Assembly: GCA_015492295.1 (NCBI GenBank)
Contig: WGFI01000019.1
Span: 1-61,457, forward strand
From: a candidate division WOR-3 bacterium
GTDB taxonomy: Bacteria > Hydrothermota > Hydrothermia > LBFQ01
Reading direction: 5' to 3'
DNA: 61,457 nt
Below are positions 16,909 through 27,323 of this stretch, piece by piece; the stretch's first letter is position 1; each line of letters starts with the position of its first letter. Position numbers and translations under genes: made by a program. Below the pieces are notes generated by a model. That model saw only the letters and a program-made list of their open reading frames with translations. It did not search any database and was not told the origin of the DNA.

Positions 16909-19900
16909 ATGAAACCTGTAAGAATAGGAAAGGTTGAAGAAAGGTTTTTACCTAACCTTTTGGAGTTGCAAATTTCATCCTATGACGATTTCTTGGGTAA
17001 AAGGTTCAACATATTCTGGTCTTATGTCGGTAGGGTCATACCTCTGATAAACTTTATAAGGGGTCTGTCCGAAAAGTATTCATTGGGAATCAAGGTGTTC
17101 AGAGGGGCGACGCATGAGAGGGCGCAAAACGCCAAGGAGATATTGCAGGTTGTAAGGGATGAAATAAATCCCGATACGGTGATAGAGGAGATACCTAGGC
17201 CAAACGCTTACTATATCATAATACCTCCGGGGAAGTACTCCCAGAAAAACATACAAACCCTGTTTGACTTGGCGAACGATTACAGCGCATCCGTGGGTAT
17301 CATAGGAATATCAACGAAGACCAAGGACGAGATTGCGGATATATCCTCGCAGAACGGCTTCGTATTCAATGTTGAAAATTCCTTCTTCGATTCATCCGAG
17401 CCGAGATCAAGTATGAGTCTCCATCAGATATTCAAGGATATATTCCCATTGCAGAGCACCGATGGAAGCATTGAGATAGAGTACCTGAACTATAGGGTTG
17501 GGGATCCTCAAATATCCCCGGAGGATGCAAAGAAAAGGGATCTGACATACTCCGTACCTATACATATAAGGGTGTTTGAGAGGGTGTTTGATGAGGATGG
17601 AAGGTTGGAGGAAGAGAGACTGGATGTTGTGTATTTCACGGATATGCCCTATATGACATCAAGGGGTACATTCATAATCAAGGGTGTTGAAAGGGTGGTG
17701 ATAAACCAGATACATAGAGCGCCAGGTATATACTTCATAATTGAGGAGGAAGGTCTCAATAAGATATTCAAAGGGTTGATAATACCTTACAGAGGTCCTT
17801 GGATGGAGGTCAGGATAGAGGGTGAGAAGGGTATATATTTCGTTTTAAGGAAGAGAAAGTTCTATTTAACCAGATTCCTCAGATTCTTGGGGTTTGAGAA
17901 TCCTAGGGATATAGTCAAAGTCGCCTTGGGGCATACCATAATTGAGAAGCCGATAAGTGAATGTAAGGGATATTACTTGGCGGAGGACATCGTAAATGAT
18001 GATGGAGAGATAGTCATACCTATGATCAAAGAGAGCAAGGATAAGAGGGGTGAGCCCGTTGAGATAACCGACGATATAGTGAAAAAGCTCAAAAAGATGC
18101 GTATAACCAAGGTGAAGGTACTTGAACCGAGGGATCCAGCTGTGAATATAATCTTTAAGACAATAAGAGAGGATAAAATGAGGAGAAGGGAAGACTCCAT
18201 CAGATATATATACAGGGCGATAAGGTTCGCCTCAGCCACTATAGAAAACGCGGAGGAATTCCTGTACGCTTACTTCTTCTCGCCCGACAGGACATATCTC
18301 GGAAAGGTCGGTAGATATAAGATAAATGCGAGATTGAAGTTTGAAGATTATCTTAAAGATCTTGAAGGTTTCGGTAAGCCGAAGGAGGATGTGGAGCATT
18401 TGACGGAGAGCGATTTCATCGTTGCCTTGAGGACATTGATAGATCTTTACAGGGGTGAGGGCGAGGAAGACGATATAGACGATCTCGCGCATAGGAGGAT
18501 CAAGAGGGTGGGCGAGCAGCTGTTTGAATGGTGCAGGAATGAGTTCAATAGAACGGCAAAGGGTATAAGGGAGAAGCTCATAAACGAAAAGGAACCACTT
18601 AGGAAGATCGTACATCCGAAGATAGTTTCAAGATCCGTTATAACATTCTTCACCCAAAACAGCCTCTCGCAGCTCCTGGATCAGACGAATCCTCTATCGG
18701 AGCTGACGAACAAGAGGAGGATCTCCGCTATGGGTAAAGGTGGTCTTACGAAGGAAACCGCCACGCTTGAAGTTAGGGATGTACATCCATCGCATTATGG
18801 TAGAATATGTCCCATTGAAACTCCCGAAGGGCAGAACATAGGTCTTATATTATCTCCGACCGTTTATGCCAAGGTGAATGAGTTGGGTTTCATAGAAACC
18901 CCATTGGTTAGAGTTGAGAACGGTAAGATAACGGACGATGTGAGATACTTCGCACCCCATGAGGATTACGACAAGAAGATAGCGCCGGCGGACATAGAGA
19001 TAGATCCGAAAACCAAACGAATAAAGAAGGCTACGAATATCATAGTCAGACATAGAAGGAGCTATGAATTCGCGGACAGGGAAAACATACAGTACATTGA
19101 TTTATCGCCGAGACAAATCATATCACCCTCAACCTCGCTAATACCGTTCCTTGAATACGACGATGCCAACAGGGCGCTTATGGGTTCGAACATGCAGAGG
19201 CAGGCCGTACCTTTGTTGGATCCCGAATCCCCGAATGTTGGTACGGGTATGGAGGAGAAGATAGCGAACGATAGCGGTTCCGTCATACGCGCCGAGGAGG
19301 ACGGGGAGATCGTATATGTTGATTACAGTAAAATCATAGTAAGGCCTGAGGGAAGCATATTTAACTTGAAGACTTATGAACTCAGGGTATTTGAAAGATC
19401 GGGGCAGAACACCATAATACACTACATACCCAAGGTGAAGAAAGGTCAGAAGGTTAAGAAAGGGGATATACTCGCCGAAAACTTGGCATCCGTTGGAGGT
19501 GAAATCTCCCTTGGTAGAAATCTAACGGTGGCATTTATACCTTGGTACGGATACAACTTTGAAGATGCGATAGTTATATCGGATAGACTCGTAAAAGAGG
19601 ACAGATTGACCTCTCTCCATATATTGGAATTCACATGCGAGGTCTTGGATACGCGCTTGGGTCCCGAGAGGGTTACGAGGGAACCTTATAAGGAGAGCGA
19701 AAGGAACCTTATGCATCTTGACCAATACGGAATAGCCCGCGTGGGTGTGAGGGTTGGACCGGGTGATATACTCGTGGGGAAGAATACGCCGAGGGAGGAA
19801 AAGAAGATGGCCGATCTATCACCCGAGGAGAAGCTCCTTATGTCAATATTCGGCGAAAAGTCAAAACCTTGGAAGAACACATCTTTGAGGGTACCTCCTT

Positions 19901-21339
19901 CCGTTTATGGTATAGTCGTGGGTGTTGAGATACTTACCAGAAACCTCCATGATGATCCTTTGGCATGGGGAGTTGGAGAAGCGGGAGGAAGCGGATTCAT
20001 ACCGGGTGAGTTGTACATTGATGATAGGGTAAGACCCGATGCCCCCATAGACCCTTCCGCGACTGTAGGAAAAAGACAGAAGAGGCTTCTTGAAGATATA
20101 AACTTGAAGATACAGAAGCTCAGGGACACCCTCCGAGAAACCTTGCAGAATATGATATCAGGCAAGGTTGTTAAGAAACCTTTGAAGATCAGGGATAAGG
20201 ATGGAGTTAAAGAGGTACTTCCCGCAGGAAAGAAGATAACATTGGATTTCCTCAAGGATATTGATCCTTTAAAGCTTATCATAGAGGAAGGAACTTTCGG
20301 TGATAAGACCCTTGAAGGTGAGATTGAAAGGATCATAAGGGATGGACTTGAAAAATATGAGGAGCTGATGGAGGAGTACGATGAGGGTATAGAGAATATA
20401 AGGAGGGGAGACGAGTTGCCCGCCGGTGTAAGGCAGGTTATAAAGGTTTATGTTGCCCAGAAGAGAAAGATAGAAGTTGGAGATAAGTTGGCGGGAAGGC
20501 ATGGGAACAAAGGGGTAATATCAATTATAGCCCCCGAGGCCGATATGCCGTTTATGGAAGATGGAACACCGGTTGATGTGGTTCTAAACCCCTTGGGTGT
20601 TCCGTCCCGTATGAACATAGGACAGATATTGGAAACCCTCCTCGGATATGCCGCCGTAAAGAATACCGAGAAGCTGAGGGATATGTTGAGAAGAAAGGAA
20701 TCCCCGACTAAGATAAAGGAGTTTCTTATGGAACTCTACAAGCCCCATAAAGATGAATCCTTGAAGGAGTGGCTTAAAGACGCCTCTTATGACGATATAA
20801 TGTATTTCGCCAAGCAGTTGGCTGAGAAGGGTATAAAGTACGCCTGCCCTGCGTTTCAGAGCCTTAAAGTTGAAGAGGTCAAACAACAACTGAAACTCGC
20901 CGGCTTACCGGAGGATGGAAAGATGAGATTGAGGGATGGTAGGACAGGCGAGTACTTTGATTATCCCGTGACCGTTGGGAACATGTACATTATGAAGCTG
21001 ATACATATGGTCAAGGATAAGATTCACGCGAGAAGCACGGGACCCTACTCTCTTATAACCCAGCAACCCGTAGGAGGAAGATCACACATGGGTGGTCAAA
21101 GGTTTGGTGAGATGGAGGTCTGGGCGCTTGAAGCGCATGGCGCCGCTTACGCCTTATGGGAGATGCTGACGGTCAAATCCGACGATGTGAGGGGTAGATT
21201 GCAAACTTACAAAGCTTTGAGAGAAGGCAAAGAACCACCTCTGCCTTCAACACCCGCCACATTCCAGGTTCTCACGAAATTCTTGAAGGCGCTCGGGGTA
21301 AATCTTTTTATTGAAAGGGAAGATAGCAAAAGGGGGTAA
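16909..21339 (+). CDS. rpoB: DNA-directed RNA polymerase subunit beta, with an N-terminal lineage-specific insertion of about 135-140 aa
   Basis: 1476 aa with conserved blocks (RISAMGKGGLT, GRHGNKGVIS, FGEMEVWALE). Extra sequence lies between LLELQISSYDDFL and SLHQIFKDIFPLQS. Confidence 0.95.
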   Translation: MKPVRIGKVEERFLPNLLELQISSYDDFLGKRFNIFWSYVGRVIPLINFIRGLSEKYSLGIKVFRGATHERAQNAKEILQVVRDEINPDTVIEEIPRPNAYYIIIPPGKYSQKNIQTLFDLANDYSASVGIIGISTKTKDEIADISSQNGFVFNVENSFFDSSEPRSSMSLHQIFKDIFPLQSTDGSIEIEYLNYRVGDPQISPEDAKKRDLTYSVPIHIRVFERVFDEDGRLEEERLDVVYFTDMPYMTSRGTFIIKGVERVVINQIHRAPGIYFIIEEEGLNKIFKGLIIPYRGPWMEVRIEGEKGIYFVLRKRKFYLTRFLRFLGFENPRDIVKVALGHTIIEKPISECKGYYLAEDIVNDDGEIVIPMIKESKDKRGEPVEITDDIVKKLKKMRITKVKVLEPRDPAVNIIFKTIREDKMRRREDSIRYIYRAIRFASATIENAEEFLYAYFFSPDRTYLGKVGRYKINARLKFEDYLKDLEGFGKPKEDVEHLTESDFIVALRTLIDLYRGEGEEDDIDDLAHRRIKRVGEQLFEWCRNEFNRTAKGIREKLINEKEPLRKIVHPKIVSRSVITFFTQNSLSQLLDQTNPLSELTNKRRISAMGKGGLTKETATLEVRDVHPSHYGRICPIETPEGQNIGLILSPTVYAKVNELGFIETPLVRVENGKITDDVRYFAPHEDYDKKIAPADIEIDPKTKRIKKATNIIVRHRRSYEFADRENIQYIDLSPRQIISPSTSLIPFLEYDDANRALMGSNMQRQAVPLLDPESPNVGTGMEEKIANDSGSVIRAEEDGEIVYVDYSKIIVRPEGSIFNLKTYELRVFERSGQNTIIHYIPKVKKGQKVKKGDILAENLASVGGEISLGRNLTVAFIPWYGYNFEDAIVISDRLVKEDRLTSLHILEFTCEVLDTRLGPERVTREPYKESERNLMHLDQYGIARVGVRVGPGDILVGKNTPREEKKMADLSPEEKLLMSIFGEKSKPWKNTSLRVPPSVYGIVVGVEILTRNLHDDPLAWGVGEAGGSGFIPGELYIDDRVRPDAPIDPSATVGKRQKRLLEDINLKIQKLRDTLRETLQNMISGKVVKKPLKIRDKDGVKEVLPAGKKITLDFLKDIDPLKLIIEEGTFGDKTLEGEIERIIRDGLEKYEELMEEYDEGIENIRRGDELPAGVRQVIKVYVAQKRKIEVGDKLAGRHGNKGVISIIAPEADMPFMEDGTPVDVVLNPLGVPSRMNIGQILETLLGYAAVKNTEKLRDMLRRKESPTKIKEFLMELYKPHKDESLKEWLKDASYDDIMYFAKQLAEKGIKYACPAFQSLKVEEVKQQLKLAGLPEDGKMRLRDGRTGEYFDYPVTVGNMYIMKLIHMVKDKIHARSTGPYSLITQQPVGGRSHMGGQRFGEMEVWALEAHGAAYALWEMLTVKSDDVRGRLQTYKALREGKEPPLPSTPATFQVLTKFLKALGVNLFIEREDSKRG

Positions 21340-21345
21340 GGACCC

Positions 21346-24300
21346 ATGGCAAATTGGAGAACTATTAGAAAAGTTATAGCATCTTTGGCCTCCCCAGAGG
21401 AGATAAAGCTCTGGTCGGAGGCCGAAAGGAAAGGAAGGGAGAGGAATGAGTATGGGCTTGGGGAGGTAAAGAGTCCCGAAACCATTAACTATAAAACCCT
21501 GAAACCCGAGCCGGGAGGATTGTATTGTCAGAGGATTTTCGGGCCTGTGAAGGATTTCACCTGCGCATGTGGAAAGTTTTCTCATAAAAGATACGAAGGT
21601 GTTATATGTGATGTGTGCGGTGTTGAGGTGACGAGATCGGATGTTAGAAGGGAGAGAATGGGTTATATCGTGTTAAACACACCCGTTGTGCATCCTTGGT
21701 TCTATAAGATGCCTCCTTACATAATACCTACACTTTTGGGTATTCCTAAGATCAAGCTTGAAGCAGTTATAAACTATGAGGCCTATGTAATCCTTGATCC
21801 TAAGAATGCCCCGGATGTTATAGAATTGGAAACGGGTGAGCAGGTAAGAAGAATAAATATAAGGAAGGGTGAGGTTATAGCGGTTGAGGAGTACAGGAAG
21901 ATAGTCTCCGAGTTGGGGCCCGATTCGATAATCGTTGGGTGGGGTGCGGAGGCTATAAAGAAGCTGCTTGAAGATCTGAGTGAAGAGGTGGAGGATCCTC
22001 AAACCAAGAGAAGGATAAAGAAACTTGAAGCCCTTTACAGGGAAACGAAACTTAGGCTGCAAAATACTACGAATCCATCTGAAAGGACGAGATTGTTGAA
22101 TAGGTTGAAGATCATAGAAGCGTTCATACTTTCGGGTCAGGAACCGTCATGGATGGTCCTTGAAGTCATACCGGTTCTTCCTCCCGATCTCAGACCTCTA
22201 CTACCGCTTGGGGGTGGAAAGTTCGCCAATACGGATCTAACTGACCTTTACAGGGATGTAATAAGGAGGAACAACAGACTGAAAGAGATATACGATAAGG
22301 GTGGCTTTGAGCTAATGATCATAAACGAGAAGAGGCAGATAAAGCACGCCGTTGAGGCCCTTATTGATAACTCACGGTTGAGGAGACCATCCGTAAACAG
22401 AAGCGGACAGAGAAGGAAATCCCTAACGGATTATTTGAGGGGGAAGAAAGGGCTTCTGAGAAGGAACCTGTTGGGTAAGAGGGTTGATTACTCGGGGAGG
22501 TCCGTTATAGTGGTCGGTCCCGAACTGAAGCTGCATCAGGTGGGAATACCCAAGGAGATGGCCTTGGAACTCTTCAAACCCATGGTTGAGAAGAAGCTGG
22601 AAGAGTCCGGAATAGCTTACACGAGAGCAGAAAAGCATGAGTTCATAAAGTATAGGAAACAAGAAGCCATTGAGGTTTTGCTTGATGTAACCAAGCATCA
22701 TCCTGTGCTTTTGAACAGGGCTCCAACATTGCACAGGGTATCAATACAGGCGTTTGAACCCGTTATAAATGAAACTTATGCTATACAGATACATCCTCTG
22801 GTATGCGCGGCTTACAACGCGGATTTTGATGGGGATCAAATGGCCGTCTTCGTACCTATACATCCTGAGGCGATAGCGGAGACATATACTTTACTTCTGG
22901 CCCCCCACAACGTACTGTCTCCGGCTCATGGGAACCCGCTCGCGACAGCATCGCAGGATATGGTGATAGGTATAAACTACATAACCAAAGAGAAATCCGG
23001 AAAACCTAGGTATTCATTCTCAGGGCCTTTTGAGGCCATTATGGCTCTCGAGAACGGTATATTAGGGGTAAATGATCCGATTGAAGTTCTTATACCTGAA
23101 ACCGGTAATCCATTTGATACGACCAATTCTAAAACCAAGATAACGAAAACCACGGTTGGAAGGATACTTTTCGCATCAATATTGCCATCCGAGATCTGGG
23201 AGAACGGTTTCACCTTCTCCAAGATAAACAGGGAATATAAGAAGAAGGATATAGCGAGGTTGGTCAAGGAGATCCATAGAAAACTGGGGACTTGGAAGAC
23301 GGCGGAGTTCCTTGATAATATGAAAGACCTAGGTTTCAAGTGGGCAACGCGCGCCGGGATAACCTTCGGTATAGATGACATCATAATTCCAGAAGAGAAG
23401 CCGCAAATAATAGAAAAAGCCTTCAAGGAGATAGGAAAGGTTGAGAGGATGTTTGAGCATGGAAGGATAACGGGAGCGGAAAGGAGACAGAGGATACTGG
23501 ATATATGGACGAAGGTCACGGAGGACATCACGAACCTCATGATAGAGAAGATGGAGAAGGATAAGGATGGTTTCAACCCGATATATATGATGGTGTTCTC
23601 GGGAGCGAGAGGGAATGTTGATCAGACCAGACAGATAGGCGCCATGAGGGGTCTTATGACAAAACCGGCGAAGAAAGGTCAGGCAGGTGAGATAGTTGAT
23701 ACCCCTGTACTATCCTCATTGAAGGAGGGACTCTCGTCCATAGAGTTCTTCATATCCTCACACGGTGCAAGAAAGGGCCTTTCGGATGTGGCTATGAAGA
23801 CTGCTGATGCGGGTTATCTAACCAGAAGATTGGTTGATGCCGCCCAGGAGGTGGTGGTCACTATGGAAGACTGTGGGGCCATAAAGGGTAGGACCGTTAG
23901 GGCTCTGAAAGAAGGTGAAGATATAATGAAACCTCTTAAAGACAGGATAGTAGGGAGATACGCCCTTGACGATATATACGACGAAAATGGCGAGGTTATT
24001 GTGAGTGCAGGGGAAGAGATAACGGAGGAGAAGGCGGAGGAGATAGAGAAAAACGGTATAGAGGAGGTTGAGATCAGATCCGTCCTATACTGTGAGGCCC
24101 CTTATGGGGTATGTCAGAAGTGCTATGGGAGGAACCTCGCAACGGGTAAATTGGTTGATATAGGCGAAGCCGTAGGTATAATAGCTGCGCAATCCATAGG
24201 GGAACCCGGTACGCAGCTGACGCTTAGAACCAAGCACACGGGTGGAGCCGCGGAGAGGATAGCCAGAGAGTCAAGGCATATAGCAAAGTTCAGCGGAATA

Positions 24301-25572
24301 ATAAAATGGAAAGATGTGAAAGCCATTGACAATCAGGATGGTACATGGACGGTAATATCAAGAAAATCATCCGTATTGCTCATAAGTAAAGATGGGAAGG
24401 AAAAGGAGTACAAGCTTGAATACGGTTATACGCTCCATGTAGATGATGGAGATAGGGTGAAGGAAGGGGATGTTATCGCGGAATGGGATGCCTATGACCT
24501 CCCGATACTCACCACAAAGGATGGAAAATTGGAGTTTGAAGGTCTGGTTGAGGGAGTATCTTTGAAGGAGGAAGTGGTGGGGAACAGGCTTGAATATGTC
24601 GTTGAGGTCGTAAGGCATAGAAGATTGTATCCGAAGGCCATAATAAGGGATCCTAAGAGCGATGAGATCCGCGAAGTTATACCTCTTGCGAACGGTTCAA
24701 GATTGACGGAAAGGGCTTACAAGATATTTAGGAAGACCACGGATCCCGTAATAAAAGCGGGTGAAATAATCGCCAAGTTGCCCAGAACTATATACAAGAC
24801 CAGGGATATAACGGGAGGATTGCCAAAGGTTGAGGAACTCTTTGAGGCGAGGGTACCGAAGGATGCTGCCATAATCGTTGAAAAGGATGGCGTCGTTGAG
24901 GACATAATCCTTGATAACAGAAGGGGTATGATCATCATAAGAATTAAACACGACGACGGTACCATAAAGGATTACGATGTTAAATACGGAGAGTACCTCT
25001 TAGTTTCAAAGGGTGATAGGGTTCAGGCCATGGATAAACTCGTTGAGGGTGATATATCGCCCAAGGACATACTTAAAGTCAAAGGTCCAAACTTCGCCGC
25101 AGAGTATCTACTTGAACAGATTCAGAAGGTGTATAAAGTCTCCGGCGTTGAGATTGATGATAAACACATAGAGATCATACTCAGGCAGATGCTGAGAAGG
25201 GTTAAGGTGCGTGATGGTGGCACAACGAGATTCTTGCCCGAACAGATAGTTGATCGCATAACCTTAGAGAAGGAAAATGAGGAGGTTATAAGGAAGGGTG
25301 GAAAACCCGCGAGATGGGAGCCTATACTCATAGGTATAAGTAAGGTGGCATCAACCACCGATAGCTTCTTGGCCGCAGCTTCGTTTGAGGAGGCCCCGAG
25401 GATACTCGCGGAGGCGGCGATCAGAAAGCAAGAGGATGAGCTCAGGGGATTGAAGGAGAGGGTGATAATAGGTGATCTCATACCCGCTGGAACAGGCTTC
25501 TACGATTGGAGAATGGACAGAATAGCATTGAGAGTTGAGGAGGAAGGAGAGGAAACCTTAGTAGAGAAATAA
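21346..25572 (+). CDS. rpoC: DNA-directed RNA polymerase subunit beta'
   Basis: 1408 aa with a zinc-binding CxC..C..C near the N-terminus and NADFDGD. An insertion of about 190 aa lies between QLTLRTKHTGG and DITGGLPKVEELFEAR, the trigger-loop (SI3-type) position. Confidence 0.95.
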   Translation: MANWRTIRKVIASLASPEEIKLWSEAERKGRERNEYGLGEVKSPETINYKTLKPEPGGLYCQRIFGPVKDFTCACGKFSHKRYEGVICDVCGVEVTRSDVRRERMGYIVLNTPVVHPWFYKMPPYIIPTLLGIPKIKLEAVINYEAYVILDPKNAPDVIELETGEQVRRINIRKGEVIAVEEYRKIVSELGPDSIIVGWGAEAIKKLLEDLSEEVEDPQTKRRIKKLEALYRETKLRLQNTTNPSERTRLLNRLKIIEAFILSGQEPSWMVLEVIPVLPPDLRPLLPLGGGKFANTDLTDLYRDVIRRNNRLKEIYDKGGFELMIINEKRQIKHAVEALIDNSRLRRPSVNRSGQRRKSLTDYLRGKKGLLRRNLLGKRVDYSGRSVIVVGPELKLHQVGIPKEMALELFKPMVEKKLEESGIAYTRAEKHEFIKYRKQEAIEVLLDVTKHHPVLLNRAPTLHRVSIQAFEPVINETYAIQIHPLVCAAYNADFDGDQMAVFVPIHPEAIAETYTLLLAPHNVLSPAHGNPLATASQDMVIGINYITKEKSGKPRYSFSGPFEAIMALENGILGVNDPIEVLIPETGNPFDTTNSKTKITKTTVGRILFASILPSEIWENGFTFSKINREYKKKDIARLVKEIHRKLGTWKTAEFLDNMKDLGFKWATRAGITFGIDDIIIPEEKPQIIEKAFKEIGKVERMFEHGRITGAERRQRILDIWTKVTEDITNLMIEKMEKDKDGFNPIYMMVFSGARGNVDQTRQIGAMRGLMTKPAKKGQAGEIVDTPVLSSLKEGLSSIEFFISSHGARKGLSDVAMKTADAGYLTRRLVDAAQEVVVTMEDCGAIKGRTVRALKEGEDIMKPLKDRIVGRYALDDIYDENGEVIVSAGEEITEEKAEEIEKNGIEEVEIRSVLYCEAPYGVCQKCYGRNLATGKLVDIGEAVGIIAAQSIGEPGTQLTLRTKHTGGAAERIARESRHIAKFSGIIKWKDVKAIDNQDGTWTVISRKSSVLLISKDGKEKEYKLEYGYTLHVDDGDRVKEGDVIAEWDAYDLPILTTKDGKLEFEGLVEGVSLKEEVVGNRLEYVVEVVRHRRLYPKAIIRDPKSDEIREVIPLANGSRLTERAYKIFRKTTDPVIKAGEIIAKLPRTIYKTRDITGGLPKVEELFEARVPKDAAIIVEKDGVVEDIILDNRRGMIIIRIKHDDGTIKDYDVKYGEYLLVSKGDRVQAMDKLVEGDISPKDILKVKGPNFAAEYLLEQIQKVYKVSGVEIDDKHIEIILRQMLRRVKVRDGGTTRFLPEQIVDRITLEKENEEVIRKGGKPARWEPILIGISKVASTTDSFLAAASFEEAPRILAEAAIRKQEDELRGLKERVIIGDLIPAGTGFYDWRMDRIALRVEEEGEETLVEK

Positions 25573-25577
25573 AACGG

Positions 25578-25586
25578 CCTTAAAAT
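25578..25586 (+). promoter_or_regulatory. Putative -10 element (CCTTAAAAT) for beta-helix protein gene
   Basis: CGGCCTTAAAAT lies 6 nt after the rpoC stop. A 9-nt spacer separates it from the ATG at 25596. Confidence 0.45.
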
Positions 25587-25595
25587 ACCGATCGC

Positions 25596-27323
25596 ATGCT
25601 CTTAATACTTGTAAATGAGGTTTATTATGTTGATAACGGCTCGGGAAACAGCGCGCCCGGAACGTTTATATGGGCTATAAATCAAGCGAATTCCAACCCC
25701 GGTTTTGATACGATATACTTCAACATACCTACGACCGATCCATCTTATATATGCATTGCGGGCAACTGCTGGTGGAGTATAACGTTAATGCTGAATCCTC
25801 CGGCTATAACCGATGGGGTTCTCATAGACGGCTTCTCTCAGACATCCTATCGTGGAAATACCAACCAATGTAATACATCATTTCGGGCTTCTCCCGATTC
25901 AACGGGATGGACATCGGTTCAAAACGGCATACCCAGAGTCGCCGGTGTTCGTAGGGCCAATGTTCCCTTTTACCCCTGCCCGGAGATAGAGATAAACCTC
26001 AACGATAGATCCTCCTCATCGGGTCTGATAAGTGTGAATTCGGAAAACGTTGTCATAAGAGGTATAGCGCTTTACAACGGTGGAGGGGGGAGTGGCAGTC
26101 AAGTTATAAGGATACTTCCGGGTTCTTACAATGTGGTTTTGGAAAATATAATCCTGGGGTTGAGAGCGGATGGTTCCGTACCTGGTATAGGGGATTCCAC
26201 CGCATCGGATGGTATATTTGCGGATAGTTCAACATCGGGGATAATAAGAAAGGTATATGTCGGACTTCTCGGAAACCATTGCGTTAAGTTTGGGAATTCA
26301 TCGGGGGGACCTACGGGTGGATGGATCGTGGATTCTTCTGAGATATTCGGATGCGGTTGGAATTGGGATAGGGCGGACAATGTGAATATATATTCAAGGA
26401 ATATAACATTTGTGCATAACCTCATACATTCTTCGGATGGAAGTCCCACAGCGGGGAATCCCAGAATCTTCGCAGCGGGTATAGAGGTAAGGTACGACGG
26501 AGATTCCGCAACTATAAGCGAGAATACGATATATAACAACGCGACGAAGGGTATATTCGTTGATGGTTCGTCAAAATATGTTGTGATCTCTGGGAATTTG
26601 ATTTTCGGGAACGGTTGGAGACTTCCGGGTCCCGGCGTAGGTGTCGGTGAAGCCGACGGAAACTCAAAGTACGTTCTGATCACCAAGAATTCCTTCGCGA
26701 ATAACGGTGGCCTGGCCATTGACCTTGATTCAAGTGGTATCACGGCTTCGGCTGGAGACGGTATAACCTGCAACGATGATTTAAGACAGATTGGAAATCC
26801 AAATGAACTTATAGATTATCCGTATATAGATTCCGCGAGGGTGTTAATATCATCCACGGATACGCTTCTCTACATTTGGGGCAGAGCTTATACGGGTGCG
26901 GATAGCGTTGAGATATATCTGGTCTCAACCCCCGATATTCAGAACTGCCCCTTTGAAGTGAATGGACATGGTGAAGGTGGCGTTTTCTTGGGAAGTTTAA
27001 AGGTTATACTCAACGATTTCTCAGGGATTATAAATCTCAACGGTCTCGGTATAGATTGGTTCTCACCTCAAATGCTAACAGCCATAAGCAAGGATAACCT
27101 ATGGAACACCTCCGAATTCTCACACAACTATCCATTACCCACGCCTTTGTACGGGGATGACGAGTTAAGCGTTCAGGAGTACGATTTGAATTCCGAGGAA
27201 TATGTTAAAATATACTCCGTTGATGGAAAACTCATCTTCAAAGGGAAATTTGGAGATTTCAGGCCTTCAAAAGGTGTATATTTCATAAAAGGAAAGAGGG
27301 TTATGAAGAGGATTCTACGATGA
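25596..27323 (+). CDS. Right-handed beta-helix (PbH1/pectate-lyase-fold) repeat protein with T9SS-type C-terminal sorting domain
   Basis: 575 aa. Repeats resemble NATKGIFVDGSSKYVVISGNLIFGNG and ITKNSFANNGGLAIDLD. C-terminus reads KIYSVDGKLIFKG...KGVYFIKG...RILR. No canonical N-terminal signal peptide was seen. Confidence 0.6.
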   Translation: MLLILVNEVYYVDNGSGNSAPGTFIWAINQANSNPGFDTIYFNIPTTDPSYICIAGNCWWSITLMLNPPAITDGVLIDGFSQTSYRGNTNQCNTSFRASPDSTGWTSVQNGIPRVAGVRRANVPFYPCPEIEINLNDRSSSSGLISVNSENVVIRGIALYNGGGGSGSQVIRILPGSYNVVLENIILGLRADGSVPGIGDSTASDGIFADSSTSGIIRKVYVGLLGNHCVKFGNSSGGPTGGWIVDSSEIFGCGWNWDRADNVNIYSRNITFVHNLIHSSDGSPTAGNPRIFAAGIEVRYDGDSATISENTIYNNATKGIFVDGSSKYVVISGNLIFGNGWRLPGPGVGVGEADGNSKYVLITKNSFANNGGLAIDLDSSGITASAGDGITCNDDLRQIGNPNELIDYPYIDSARVLISSTDTLLYIWGRAYTGADSVEIYLVSTPDIQNCPFEVNGHGEGGVFLGSLKVILNDFSGIINLNGLGIDWFSPQMLTAISKDNLWNTSEFSHNYPLPTPLYGDDELSVQEYDLNSEEYVKIYSVDGKLIFKGKFGDFRPSKGVYFIKGKRVMKRILR

